Origin: Nitrosospira multiformis ATCC 25196
GTDB taxonomy: Bacteria; Pseudomonadota; Gammaproteobacteria; Burkholderiales; Nitrosomonadaceae
Assembly (NCBI RefSeq): GCF_000196355.1
Contig: NC_007614.1
Span: 1,260,001 to 1,292,000, forward strand
DNA length: 32,000 bases
Reading direction: 5' to 3'
A program made the translations under genes and the position numbers. The notes beneath the pieces are model-generated. The model was given only the letters and a program-made list of their open reading frames with translations. It had not been told where the DNA came from and ran no database searches. Below are positions 11,333-20,907 of this stretch, one piece after another. How positions within the stretch are numbered: position 1 is the stretch's first letter; each line of letters begins with the position of its first letter.

Positions 11333-12778
11333 ATGAATTTTATGCTGCCTAATTTCGCGCCAGCCTATCCGGAAATATTCCTTCTGGTGATGGTGTGCGG
11401 AGTATTAATGGCTGATCTTGCCTGGGGCGACAAGAAGCCCGGCACTGCCTATCTTTTAGCCCAACTGACGTTGTTCGGCTGCATGCTGATCACCTTCGGT
11501 ACCTTGCAACCCGACACAGTCCATACGTTTTCCGGCATGTTTGTCGATGACAGGCTCGCCGACATTCTCAAGATGCTGGTTTATATCACCGTCTCCATAG
11601 TCCTGGTTTATTCCCGTACTTATATTTCGGAGCGGGGAATACTCAGCGGAGAATTCTTCAGCCTGGCGCTGTTCGCGACCCTCGGAATGATGGTCATGAT
11701 TTCCGCCACCCACTTCATGACACTCTACCTGGGGTTGGAACTCCTTTCCTTGTCCCTCTATGCGATGGTTGCGTTGAGGCGTGACTCGGCAGGAGCCACG
11801 GAGGCCGCAATAAAGTTTTTTGTCCTGGGTGCTCTGGCATCCGGCTTTCTGCTGTATGGCATGTCGATGATTTATGGGGCCACTGGCTCGCTTGATATCG
11901 CCAGTGTGACAAAAGCGATCGAAGGCGGAATCATCAGCCGGGGTGTGCTGGTTGTCGGTCTGGTTTTCATTGTGGCCGGCATTAGTTTCAAGCTGAGCGC
12001 AGCGCCTTTCCATATGTGGGCGCCCGATGTTTATGAAGGAGCGTCTTCAGCAGTGGTGCTGTTTGTCGGTTCAGCGCCGAAGCTCGCGGCATTCGGTTTT
12101 GTCATGCGCCTGCTGGTGGAAGGCCTGGGTGCAATGTCCGGCGACTGGCAGGGCATGCTGATCATACTTGCAATCACGTCAATGGTGATCGGCAATATTG
12201 CCGCTATCGCCCAGAGCAACATCAAGCGCATGCTGGCCTATTCCACCATCTCGCACATGGGGTTCATGCTGCTTGGCCTTATCGGCGCGAATGAAAACGG
12301 CTACAGTGCCGCAATGTTTTACGTCGTGGTCTACGTGCTCATGACAATGGGTACGTTCGGCATTATCATGCTTCTCTCGCGCGCGGGTTTTGAAGCCGAC
12401 AAACTGGATGATTACAAAGGGCTCAACCGGCGCAATCCATGGTATGCTTTTATCATGCTGCTGCTGATGTTCTCCATGGCTGGCATCCCCCCCACCGTGG
12501 GCATTTATGCCAAGCTGTCAGTGCTTCAGGCCGTGCTGAACGCAGGGTACACCTGGCTCGCCGTGCTGGCTGTGCTCCTTTCGCTGATCGGGGTATTCTA
12601 TTACCTGCGTATCGTCAAGCTCATGTATTTCGACGAGCCTGAAACCGATGCGGTCATCGCACCAAAAGGTGACGTAAAGGTATTGCTGAGCGCCAACGGC
12701 CTCGCAATACTCGCATTCGGCATCTTCCCCCAGTCGCTTATTGCCCTCTGCACCTACGCGATACAGCAATCTGCTTGA
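11333..12778 (+). CDS. nuoN: NADH-quinone oxidoreductase subunit N
   Basis: 481 aa: [55 protein letters not shown]. Start could be ATG 11333 or 11342. Confidence 0.95.
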   Translation: MNFMLPNFAPAYPEIFLLVMVCGVLMADLAWGDKKPGTAYLLAQLTLFGCMLITFGTLQPDTVHTFSGMFVDDRLADILKMLVYITVSIVLVYSRTYISERGILSGEFFSLALFATLGMMVMISATHFMTLYLGLELLSLSLYAMVALRRDSAGATEAAIKFFVLGALASGFLLYGMSMIYGATGSLDIASVTKAIEGGIISRGVLVVGLVFIVAGISFKLSAAPFHMWAPDVYEGASSAVVLFVGSAPKLAAFGFVMRLLVEGLGAMSGDWQGMLIILAITSMVIGNIAAIAQSNIKRMLAYSTISHMGFMLLGLIGANENGYSAAMFYVVVYVLMTMGTFGIIMLLSRAGFEADKLDDYKGLNRRNPWYAFIMLLLMFSMAGIPPTVGIYAKLSVLQAVLNAGYTWLAVLAVLLSLIGVFYYLRIVKLMYFDEPETDAVIAPKGDVKVLLSANGLAILAFGIFPQSLIALCTYAIQQSA

Positions 12779-12796
12779 TCCGCCTTTCCGCATCAC

Positions 12797-12833
12797 AAGC
12801 CGCCTATTCCTGCATAAGGGACAGGCGGCGCTT
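12797..12833 (+). terminator. Candidate hairpin at the end of the nuo operon, between convergent nuoN and the permease gene
   Basis: Inverted repeat GCCGCCT (12799-12805) / AGGCGGC (12823-12829), 17 nt loop, starting about 20 nt after the nuoN stop. No clear T-tract, so an intrinsic terminator is uncertain. Confidence 0.4.
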
Positions 12834-12947
12834 GCAGACGATTCCGTATCTGGACGCGTGAAGAGGTTTCCATTTATTGCACGCAGAACCGCGCCTGCTC
12901 TCTCTTCCTTATAGAGGAGGTGCGGCAACGGGCAACTCCAATGGAAG

Positions 12948-14057
12948 TTAACCAATGAATAGCAACAGATAGACGAAAGTACCCGTGACGAGCAGAAATG
13001 GCAGGGAGTAGGCATGAAATATCAACCATGCTTTTCTGTCCCGGGCGAGCCGTAGGGCTATTAAATTGGCGAGAGAGCCCAATACTAAGCCAAATCCCCC
13101 AACGTTCACTGCGTAGGCAATCAGTTGCCAGTTGCTTGAATAACCGGCCAATAAAATTGCAGCAGGCACATTGCTCATGATCTGTGCAAGCCCGATCCCC
13201 GCAAAGTAAAGCCGCTCAGGCTCGTCCAGCCTCAATTCTGTAAAAAATGAATGAATAGTGTGGCTATCAGCAATAAGGCGCATGTTCACGAACATGAGGG
13301 CAAGTACGAGAATGAGGCCCCAATCCACATTCCCGAGAATGCTGCGATGCCGGATAAAGAAGACCATGAGTATCAGCAAAACCGCCAGTTCCGCCTGATG
13401 GAGATCAATAAGAATCAGAAATGGTAGATAGAGAATCAAGGATGAATGGAATAGCCTGTTGTTCGCTATTGGCATATCAACCTCTTCCCTGACCTGAATG
13501 CGATTGCTATCGAACATGAATGCGATCAACACCAGGAGACTGGTGATGAGGATGAGCGCTAGAGGCAGCATCGCTTGTACGTATTCGTGAAAGGATACAC
13601 CGGATACTTTCCACAAAAACAGGTTTTGTGGGTTGCCGATCGGTGTAAGAGCTGAACCTGCATTTACAGCCAATGCCTCGACCACGATGAGGCGCGTCAC
13701 AGGAATCACGCCGGCACCATGCAAGCCCGTGGTCAACGGCACCATTATGAACAGGGCGACATCGTTGGTCAGCGCCATGGAAAGTAACGCTGCTGCCAGA
13801 ACGAGCAATACTGCAAGGGATCGGCTGGTGCGCATGATTTCTATCAGTCGTTTGCCGAGGCGGTGCAGATAGCCGGAGAGTTCAATACCTTTGGCAAGTA
13901 TGAGCAATCCCGCTACGCCACTGAGGGTGGGCCAGTCTACGAGGCCAGGATATGAAAAGAGTCGTGCAGGCTCCGCTATGGTCAGGACGGTGAGGAGTCC
14001 GGCAAGAAACCACAGCAGATAATCCTTCCGCCAGATTTGAATGGATAATTGAATCAT
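12948..14057 (-). CDS. SLC13/ArsB-like (citrate/anion transporter superfamily) membrane permease
   Basis: 369 aa, many TM segments: LAVLLVLAAALLSMALTNDVALFIMVPLT, VVEALAVNAGSALTPIGNPQNLFLW, QIMSNVPAAILLAGYS. These repeated N-(D/P)-containing motifs are typical of SLC13/ArsB permeases. Confidence 0.8.
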   Translation of the reverse strand: MIQLSIQIWRKDYLLWFLAGLLTVLTIAEPARLFSYPGLVDWPTLSGVAGLLILAKGIELSGYLHRLGKRLIEIMRTSRSLAVLLVLAAALLSMALTNDVALFIMVPLTTGLHGAGVIPVTRLIVVEALAVNAGSALTPIGNPQNLFLWKVSGVSFHEYVQAMLPLALILITSLLVLIAFMFDSNRIQVREEVDMPIANNRLFHSSLILYLPFLILIDLHQAELAVLLILMVFFIRHRSILGNVDWGLILVLALMFVNMRLIADSHTIHSFFTELRLDEPERLYFAGIGLAQIMSNVPAAILLAGYSSNWQLIAYAVNVGGFGLVLGSLANLIALRLARDRKAWLIFHAYSLPFLLVTGTFVYLLLFIG

Positions 14058-14662
14058 TCCCGCATCTTACTGAGGAAGCGCCGAAGAATCGCAGGCTTCC
14101 AAATTTATAAGCAATGAATGCTGCCGATTGGACGCAATATTGGCTTGGCAGTCTCATTCTTTGGCGGTAATTCACCGCCAGATTTGCTGTTTTTTTCTGC
14201 TTCATCCCCCGTAACTAGGGATGTTTGAAAAGAGCTTCGAGTTTTAACAATCTTGATCTGTATATTTCTAAATTAAAGCCTCCTGTTCTAACCCGACAAC
14301 ACAACTGCCGGGAACATAAAAAGTTGTCCATGAAAGAAATTCGTGGCGTTTTAAAGAGGGCGATGGAAATCTATAAACGGAGCTCCCTTTTCGAAAGTAC
14401 GTTTTCTCGCGCAACTATTGCCACGTTATCCAACCTAAACCTTCAGAACCCGCTAACCCAGTAGATCCAATATCGTTCAGGGCTTGTTTGCATAACGCGA
14501 CGGGTGAAGACGATGAACGCTGGATTCAAGCTCAAGCTGATATCCCACATGACCTCCAAAGGGGCAAATATGGGGCCTGGCGTTCGAAATTTTGTAGCGT
14601 CCGGATATTCCACGGGGAAATAACCGCTCGGTGTTCCAGGTACGCGATATCATTTTTAAGCC

Positions 14663-15115
14663 TCAAGATCTTATAATATCGCCGTCCACATAGAACCATT
14701 GCCCGTTCTTACGCACGAAGCGGCTGATTTCATGCAAACGGTGCGCGCGCCCATCCACCTTGTAACGTGCCACGAATTCCACCATGGCGTGATCCGGCCC
14801 TGGCTGTTCATGAAGTTTCACTTCCAGTCCCAGCCATTTTTCATGCTGTTTATTTTCCAATCCAAGTGATGCTGGGCGCGTGTCTTGATTCCAGGTCGCC
14901 AGCAGGTATTCTTCACGACCGAGGGCGTATGCAGTATAGCGCGAACGCATCAATGCTTCCGCTGTGGGAACTGTTTCGCCGTCATCCAGGTAGCGGCCGC
15001 AGCAGTCAGCATACTTTTTGCCGCTATTCGCGGAAGGACGAGCCTGCCGAGTTCCCGCTGGTCTCGCTGTTATCTCCGTGTAACCGCACGGACAGGACGT
15101 CGTTTTTGCATTCAT
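14663..15115 (-). CDS. YchJ family (UPF0225) protein with SEC-C-type metal-binding N-terminus
   Basis: CPCG...KKYADCCGRYLDDGETVPTAEALMRSRYTAYALGREEYLLATWNQDTRP...WLGLEV matches the YchJ layout. Confidence 0.85.
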   Translation of the reverse strand: MNAKTTSCPCGYTEITARPAGTRQARPSANSGKKYADCCGRYLDDGETVPTAEALMRSRYTAYALGREEYLLATWNQDTRPASLGLENKQHEKWLGLEVKLHEQPGPDHAMVEFVARYKVDGRAHRLHEISRFVRKNGQWFYVDGDIIRS

Positions 15116-15223
15116 ATAAACTTGTCATAAAGACTTAAAATGGAAACTTCAATTTTCCATGATCATGATCGGGTGCATGTGGAACAATAAACTTGGGAGC
15201 AACGATCATGCCTGTAAATCCTG

Positions 15224-16222
15224 TCATAGCGGCGGTTCATCCATAAGGGCGATCTGCTCCCGCAATTCGAGAATGCGATCCTGCCAGTAGCGTTGGGTGT
15301 TGAACCAGGGAAACGCTCGCTTGAAAGCAGGGTCGTCCCATCGCTGTGCAAGCCACGCCGCGTAGTGGATCAAGCGCAGAGTGCGTAACGCCTCGACCAG
15401 ATGCAATTCCCTTTCGTCGAAATCGAAGAAGTTTTCATACCCGGCCAGCACGCTGTCCAACTGCTTCCTCATGTCGGCCCGTTCGCCGGATAACAGCATC
15501 CACAAGTCCTGTACTGCTGGTCCCATGCGGCTGTCGTCAAAATCGACGAAGTGCGGTCCATCGTCAGTCCACAAAACATTGCCTGCATGACAGTCCCCGT
15601 GCAGGCGTAACGCGCGTACTTTACCTGCGCGTCCAAAACAGTGCCGTGCACTGTCTAACGCCTGATTCACGGCACTGCGATAGGCAGCCTCAATATCAGG
15701 CGGAACGAATCCATGTGCCAACAGATAGTCGCGGGGTTGTTCGCCGAAGTTGGCGATATTCAATTCCGGGCGTTCAAGAAAGGGATTCAGTGCGCCAACC
15801 GCATGGATACGTCCTAGGAAGCGCCCCATCCATTCCAGGGTATGGGGATCTTCCAGTTCGGGCGCGCGACCACCATGCCTTGGAAAAACAGTGAAACGAA
15901 ATCCCTCAAAATAATGCAGCGATATTCCTTGCAGCACCAATGGGGGTACTACAGGAATTTCGTGCTCGGCCAGTTCCCGCACGAACGCGTGTTCCTCGAG
16001 AATGGCGTTGTTCGTCCAGCGTTCCGGGCGGTAGAATTTTGCTATGACTGGCGCACCGTTTTCGAGGCCGATTTGGTAGACGCGGTTCTCGTAGCTGTTG
16101 AGTGCCAGCAGCCGTCCATCGCTGTGGAAACCCAAGCTTTCCAAAGCATGCAACACGCGTTCAGGAGAAAGCGTGGAGAAATCATTTGGAGCCGAATTAT
16201 CTGCTGTTCCCACACCGGTCAC
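15224..16222 (-). CDS. srkA: SrkA/YihE/RdoA-like serine/threonine protein kinase
   Basis: 332 aa APH/choline-kinase fold: SYENRVYQIGLENGAPVIAKFYRPERW, LRLHGDCHAGNVLWTDDGPHFVDFDDSRMGPAVQDLWMLL. Confidence 0.9.
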   Translation of the reverse strand: MTGVGTADNSAPNDFSTLSPERVLHALESLGFHSDGRLLALNSYENRVYQIGLENGAPVIAKFYRPERWTNNAILEEHAFVRELAEHEIPVVPPLVLQGISLHYFEGFRFTVFPRHGGRAPELEDPHTLEWMGRFLGRIHAVGALNPFLERPELNIANFGEQPRDYLLAHGFVPPDIEAAYRSAVNQALDSARHCFGRAGKVRALRLHGDCHAGNVLWTDDGPHFVDFDDSRMGPAVQDLWMLLSGERADMRKQLDSVLAGYENFFDFDERELHLVEALRTLRLIHYAAWLAQRWDDPAFKRAFPWFNTQRYWQDRILELREQIALMDEPPL

Positions 16223-16274
16223 TCAAATGAAGGCTGCCCGGAATTGTTGGTTGCGCTCGTTTTGCATTGCCTGC

Positions 16275-17390
16275 TCAAGGTTTCCTGTAGCTGATCCGAT
16301 AAATCACCCCGGCGAAATCATCCGACACGAGCAGTGCCCCGTCCGGCATCACCAGCACATCCACGGGTCTTCCCCAATTTTTTTCATTTTCCAGCCAGCC
16401 TTCGGCAAACACTTCCTGCTTTATCACCTTGTTGTTCTTTATCTTTGCGAACTCGATGCGGTAGCCGATTTTATTGCGCCGGTTCCATGAGCCATGTTCG
16501 GCTATAAAGATGCTGTTGCGATATTGGGGAGGAAACATGGTCCCTGTATAGAAGCGCATCCCCAGGGCGCCTGCGTGCGGGGGAAGTTTCGCTGCGGGTG
16601 AAACGAGCTTGCGGCAATCCCGCTTTGCACCGTATTTCGGGTCAAGGATGTCGTCGGAATGGCAGTAGGGATAGCCGAAATGCATTCCCTTTTTTGGCGC
16701 ACGGTTGAGTTCGTCCGGCGGCAAGTTGTCTCCCATCCAGTCCCGACCGTTATCGGTAAACCACAATTCCTTTGTTTCGGGATGCCAATCGAATCCTACC
16801 GAGTTTCGTATCCCGTATGCGAAGACCTCATAGTTCGAGCCATCCGGATTGATGCGGGAAATCAGCGAAAACTTCTCCGGCTCCGTTTCGCAGACATTGC
16901 ATGGAGCGCCCACCGCCACATACAGAAGACCATCCGGGCCAAAACCTATATATCTGCCCCCATGGTGTTTCTCGTTGGGAAATCGTTCGGTGACAACGTA
17001 CGGTTTTCCGGGCTGATCGAGTTTTTCCTCAATACCGTCAAAACGCAGGATGCGGTCGACCGAGGAGGCATATAACGCGCCATCGCGAAAGGCGACCCCT
17101 ATGGGAAGATTAAGCCCTCTGGCGATGGTTTTTACTTCACGCTCCCCTCCATTGTCCCTGATGGCATAGACATTCCCCTCGTCCATCGAGCCTGCAAACA
17201 CCGTGCCGTTTTTTCCCAGTGCCAGTCCCCGCGCGTTCGGTACTTCAGCCCACACTTCGATCGAAAATCCGGCCGGTAACTTGATCTTGTCCAGCGGCAG
17301 CTTGCCGGTTTTGCTGTCTGCCATCGCAGGTAAGCCATAACAGAGCAGGCAAGTGGCCATGAAACGTATGAGAATTTTTGTGATGGGCAT
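16275..17390 (-). CDS. PQQ-type sugar (glucose/sorbosone) dehydrogenase-like beta-propeller protein, exported
   Basis: N-terminal signal peptide (MRFMATCLLCYGLPAMADS), LPLDKIKLPAGFSIEVWAEVPNARGLALG, NEKHHGGRYIGFGPDGLLYVAVGAPCNVC, GYPYCHSDDILDP, LLVSDDFAGVIYRISY. Confidence 0.85.
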   Translation of the reverse strand: MPITKILIRFMATCLLCYGLPAMADSKTGKLPLDKIKLPAGFSIEVWAEVPNARGLALGKNGTVFAGSMDEGNVYAIRDNGGEREVKTIARGLNLPIGVAFRDGALYASSVDRILRFDGIEEKLDQPGKPYVVTERFPNEKHHGGRYIGFGPDGLLYVAVGAPCNVCETEPEKFSLISRINPDGSNYEVFAYGIRNSVGFDWHPETKELWFTDNGRDWMGDNLPPDELNRAPKKGMHFGYPYCHSDDILDPKYGAKRDCRKLVSPAAKLPPHAGALGMRFYTGTMFPPQYRNSIFIAEHGSWNRRNKIGYRIEFAKIKNNKVIKQEVFAEGWLENEKNWGRPVDVLVMPDGALLVSDDFAGVIYRISYRKP

Positions 17391-17499
17391 GGTCAGACTC
17401 CGGTTTAACGATATTCAGAAATCAAATCGAGTGTATGCGGCAAATGAAGGAATAGGGCAGAGAGATAGCGCGGAAAATGATCGGTATGAAGCTTTTCAA

Positions 17500-17527
17500 C
17501 TTGAAAATCCCGGATTTGCCCTTATTT
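17500..17527 (+). promoter_or_regulatory. Candidate sigma-32-like heat-shock promoter for htpG
   Basis: CTTGAAA (17500-17506), 12 nt spacer, CCCTTATTT (17519-17527). Resembles CTTGAAA-N-CCCCATNT and lies 31 nt before ATG 17558 of a known heat-shock gene. Confidence 0.5.
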
Positions 17528-17557
17528 ATTTTATTGCATTTTTTTTGGAGGAAAACA

Positions 17558-19477
17558 ATGGAAGCAACGGCTACAAAAGAACATTTGAATTTTCAGACCG
17601 AGGTCAAGCAACTCCTCAAGCTGATGATCCATTCCCTGTATAGTAACAAGGAAATTTTCTTGCGCGAACTGATTTCCAACGCGTCGGATGCTGCCGACAA
17701 GCTGCGGTTCGAAGCCTTGACCGACGGGGCGCTGTACGAATCTGATTCGGATCTGAAAATACGTGTAAGTTACGATAAGGAGGCACGCACCATTACTGTT
17801 GCCGATAATGGCATCGGCATGTCGCGGCAGGAGGTGATAGACCATATCGGTACTATTGCCAAATCCGGCACACGAGAATTCTTCGACGCACTAACCGGCG
17901 ACCAGGCCAAGGATGCGCACCTGATCGGCCAGTTCGGGGTGGGTTTTTATTCCGCATTCATTGTTGCTGACAAAGTGACGCTTACCACACGGCGCGCGGG
18001 CCTGACGCACGAACACGGGGTTCGCTGGGAATCGGGCGGTGAGGGAGATTACACCCTTGAGACAATCGATAAACCTGGCCGTGGCACTGAGGTAACCTTG
18101 CATTTGCGCGAAGGAGAGGATGAACTGCTCAATGGATGGCGGCTCCGCTCCATCATCCGCAAGTACTCGGACCATATCACCCTTCCCATCGTGATGAAAA
18201 AAGAGGAATGGTCCCAGGAAAAAAATGAAAACACCGTTACGGAAGAAGACGAAACCATCAACCAGGCAAGTGCCTTGTGGGCGCGGCCGAAAAACGAGAT
18301 CAGCGAAGAGCAGTACAACGAATTCTACAAGCATGTCGCGCATGATTTCGAACCTCCGCTGGCGTATGTGCATGCCAGGGTAGAGGGCAAGCAGGAATAT
18401 ACACAACTGCTCTACGTTCCTTCCCGCGCCCCGTTCGATCTGTATGACCGCGAATCCCGCCACGGCATCAAACTGTATGTCAGAAGAGTATTCATCATGG
18501 ATGATGCCAAACAGTTGCTGCCCAATTACCTGCGTTTCGTACGAGGAATAATAGATTCGAATGATCTGCCACTGAATGTTTCCCGCGAGATATTGCAGGA
18601 ATCGAAGGACATTGAAGCCATGCGGGCCGGCTCGGTGAAAAAGGTGCTGGGATTACTCGACGACCTGGCGCAAAGCGAAACCGACGAAGGGAAGGCCAAA
18701 TTCAAGACCTTCTGGAAGGAATTCGGACAGGTGATGAAAGAGGGGGTAGCGGAAGACTATGCCAACCGCGAGCGCATTGCCAAGCTGCTGCGCTTTGTTT
18801 CTACCCATTCCGATTCGGAAGAGCAGGACGTCTCCCTGAGCGATTATGTGGGGCGCATGAAGGACGGGCAGGAGAAGATCTACTATGTCACCGCCGACAG
18901 TCTCACGGCGGCTAAAAGCAGTCCACACCTCGAAATTTTCCGCAAGAAAGACATTGAAGTCATTCTACTGTTCGATCGCGTGGATGAGTGGCTGGTGGCA
19001 AATCTGCCTGAGTTCGAGGGTAAACACCTGCAGTCCGTAGCAAAGGGCAGTCTCGATCTGGGTAAACTGGAGGACGAGGCGGAGAAAAAGGAACAGGAAA
19101 AAGAAGCGGGTGAATACAAGGAACTCACCGAGAAAATAAAAGAAGTGCTCGGCGAGCAGGTAAAGGATGTGCGGATCACCTTGCGTCTGACCGAGTCCCC
19201 CGCCTGCCTGGTGACGGAAACCCATGACATGAGCGGAAATCTGGAGCGGCTGCTTAAGTCTGCCGGGCAGAAGGTCACGCATACCAAACCTATCCTGGAA
19301 ATCAATCCGTACCATCCCATGGTAGAGCGCCTGAAATCGGAGGAGACTCATTTCGCCGACTGGAGCCACATTTTGTTCGACCAAGCGCTGTTGGCCGAGG
19401 GCGGGCAACTGGAGGATCCTGCCAGTTTTGTCAAACGTATCAATCAGTTGTTCCTGAGCACGGGGAGCAAGGAATAA
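17558..19477 (+). CDS. htpG: Molecular chaperone HtpG (Hsp90 family)
   Basis: 639 aa: [135 protein letters not shown] 17558 follows TTTTGGAGGAAAACA. Confidence 0.97.
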   Translation: MEATATKEHLNFQTEVKQLLKLMIHSLYSNKEIFLRELISNASDAADKLRFEALTDGALYESDSDLKIRVSYDKEARTITVADNGIGMSRQEVIDHIGTIAKSGTREFFDALTGDQAKDAHLIGQFGVGFYSAFIVADKVTLTTRRAGLTHEHGVRWESGGEGDYTLETIDKPGRGTEVTLHLREGEDELLNGWRLRSIIRKYSDHITLPIVMKKEEWSQEKNENTVTEEDETINQASALWARPKNEISEEQYNEFYKHVAHDFEPPLAYVHARVEGKQEYTQLLYVPSRAPFDLYDRESRHGIKLYVRRVFIMDDAKQLLPNYLRFVRGIIDSNDLPLNVSREILQESKDIEAMRAGSVKKVLGLLDDLAQSETDEGKAKFKTFWKEFGQVMKEGVAEDYANRERIAKLLRFVSTHSDSEEQDVSLSDYVGRMKDGQEKIYYVTADSLTAAKSSPHLEIFRKKDIEVILLFDRVDEWLVANLPEFEGKHLQSVAKGSLDLGKLEDEAEKKEQEKEAGEYKELTEKIKEVLGEQVKDVRITLRLTESPACLVTETHDMSGNLERLLKSAGQKVTHTKPILEINPYHPMVERLKSEETHFADWSHILFDQALLAEGGQLEDPASFVKRINQLFLSTGSKE

Positions 19478-19607
19478 TTGGCAGGATATTTCCCCAAACG
19501 GGCAGGAGATCGGAAAGCGGTATGAAAACGGGTATTTGATCAACCAAGCCTGAAAATCCGTTTGTACCCTCGGCCCTCACGTATCCTGCCGGGTGTTTTG
19601 CGGCATC

Positions 19608-19666
19608 TTTGCGCTCCTGCCTCGCGCCAATAGTCCTGGCTATTGGTTCGGCGCGGGATGCGCAAA
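19608..19666. repeat. Imperfect hairpin between convergent htpG and the LysR gene; possible bidirectional transcript end or structured RNA
   Basis: Nested inverted repeats: TTTGCGC (19608-19614)/GCGCAAA (19660-19666), CGCG (19623-19626)/CGCG (19652-19655), CCAATAG (19627-19633)/CTATTGG (19640-19646), 6 nt loop. Confidence 0.5.
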
Positions 19667-19719
19667 TCTGCACCCGGAACACCTTGTCCCTCTCCCATGA
19701 TCCGGGTGAAATATCCGGG

Positions 19720-20628
19720 TCAGGAGGCAGCCAGGGTCGCGAATAGCTCCCGGTGGGCTGTGTCGTTGATGGCGACGACGGCGGGGTGTGTGAGACGGCG
19801 TTCCAGGGAGATGGCGTAAAACTGTTCGGTAACCTCGTCGGTGCAGCCGACAACAACAACGCCATGTTCACGCTGCACCTCGTCAGCTATTACGGATGGT
19901 GCAATGAAAATGCCGATGCCGGCCTGTCCGAATGCCTGCATCAATGCGCTATCGTCGAACTCTCCCACGATGTGGGGGCGGAGTTGGTGCACGTCGAACC
20001 ATCGCATCAATGGTAGCCGTATGGCGGCGTCTTTACCGGGAATGAGCAAGGGGGCCGCATCAAGAACATGAGGCCATTTTTTTTTGAAGGTTTTTGCAAG
20101 ACACGGCGCGGCAAAAAATGTAATGCCGCAGTTTCCCAGCTTATGGCTGTAGCCTTTCACATTCGCTTCATCCGGCATGGGGCGGTCGGCAAGTATCAGA
20201 TCGACTCGCTGGATCGCCAATTCCACCAGCAAACGCGCCAGTTTGTCCTCGCGGCAGACAATGCGTACAGGCGAAGCAAGTCCCATGGCAGGCGTTAACA
20301 ATCGGTAGGCGATGGACTTGGGGACGGCATCGTCGACACCCACCCGGAATGGAATCGCATGACGTTCCGGGCGGGCCCGCAATGCTTCTTCCAGTTCATT
20401 TCCAATCTGAAAGATTTCGTCGGCATACGAGAGGGCAAGTCGTCCTGTTTCGGTCAATTCAAGGCGTCTCCCCACTCGTAAAAAAAGTGGCACCCCCAGC
20501 GCGTCTTCCAATAATCCGATCTGGCCGCTCAGAGTCTGGGGCGTGAGATTCAGGCGTTCGCTTGCGCGGACAATGCTGCCTGCCTTGGCCACTGCCCAGA
20601 AATAATTCAATTGCTTGTAATTAAGCAT
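19720..20628 (-). CDS. nhaR: LysR-family transcriptional regulator, NhaR-like
   Basis: 302 aa: MLNYKQLNYFWAVAKAGSIVRASERLNLTPQTLSGQIGLLEDALGVPLFLRVGRRLELTETGRLALSYADEIF, closely following the NhaR N-terminus. The real target is unknown. Confidence 0.85.
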   Translation of the reverse strand: MLNYKQLNYFWAVAKAGSIVRASERLNLTPQTLSGQIGLLEDALGVPLFLRVGRRLELTETGRLALSYADEIFQIGNELEEALRARPERHAIPFRVGVDDAVPKSIAYRLLTPAMGLASPVRIVCREDKLARLLVELAIQRVDLILADRPMPDEANVKGYSHKLGNCGITFFAAPCLAKTFKKKWPHVLDAAPLLIPGKDAAIRLPLMRWFDVHQLRPHIVGEFDDSALMQAFGQAGIGIFIAPSVIADEVQREHGVVVVGCTDEVTEQFYAISLERRLTHPAVVAINDTAHRELFATLAAS

Positions 20629-20907
20629 CGATATGCAAGCGAATACAATACTTCGTTAAAACCGATTATATCATCAGCAAGATACTACTTTCCTTGATGC
20701 AATTTCTCATCTAGACTAAATCCGATGAGCTTGGTGCCGTCATCTGTTTATTCCGCATTCGCTTTTGTTGATGTTCCTTTCGCCGTTTCCATCGATAACA
20801 GTGCTGCTGGCGTTCTTGTTCCGGTTGTTGAAACCCTCTTTCCCGCAGCCTCAACGTATGCAGTGCGATCGTTCAGGCGTCGCCTCGAAGAATTCAACGG
20901 GTAGTAC

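Noticed and set aside
19696-19716. Short direct repeat ATCCGGGT...ATCCGGGT
   Set aside because: Only 8 bp, two copies; expected by chance at this GC content.
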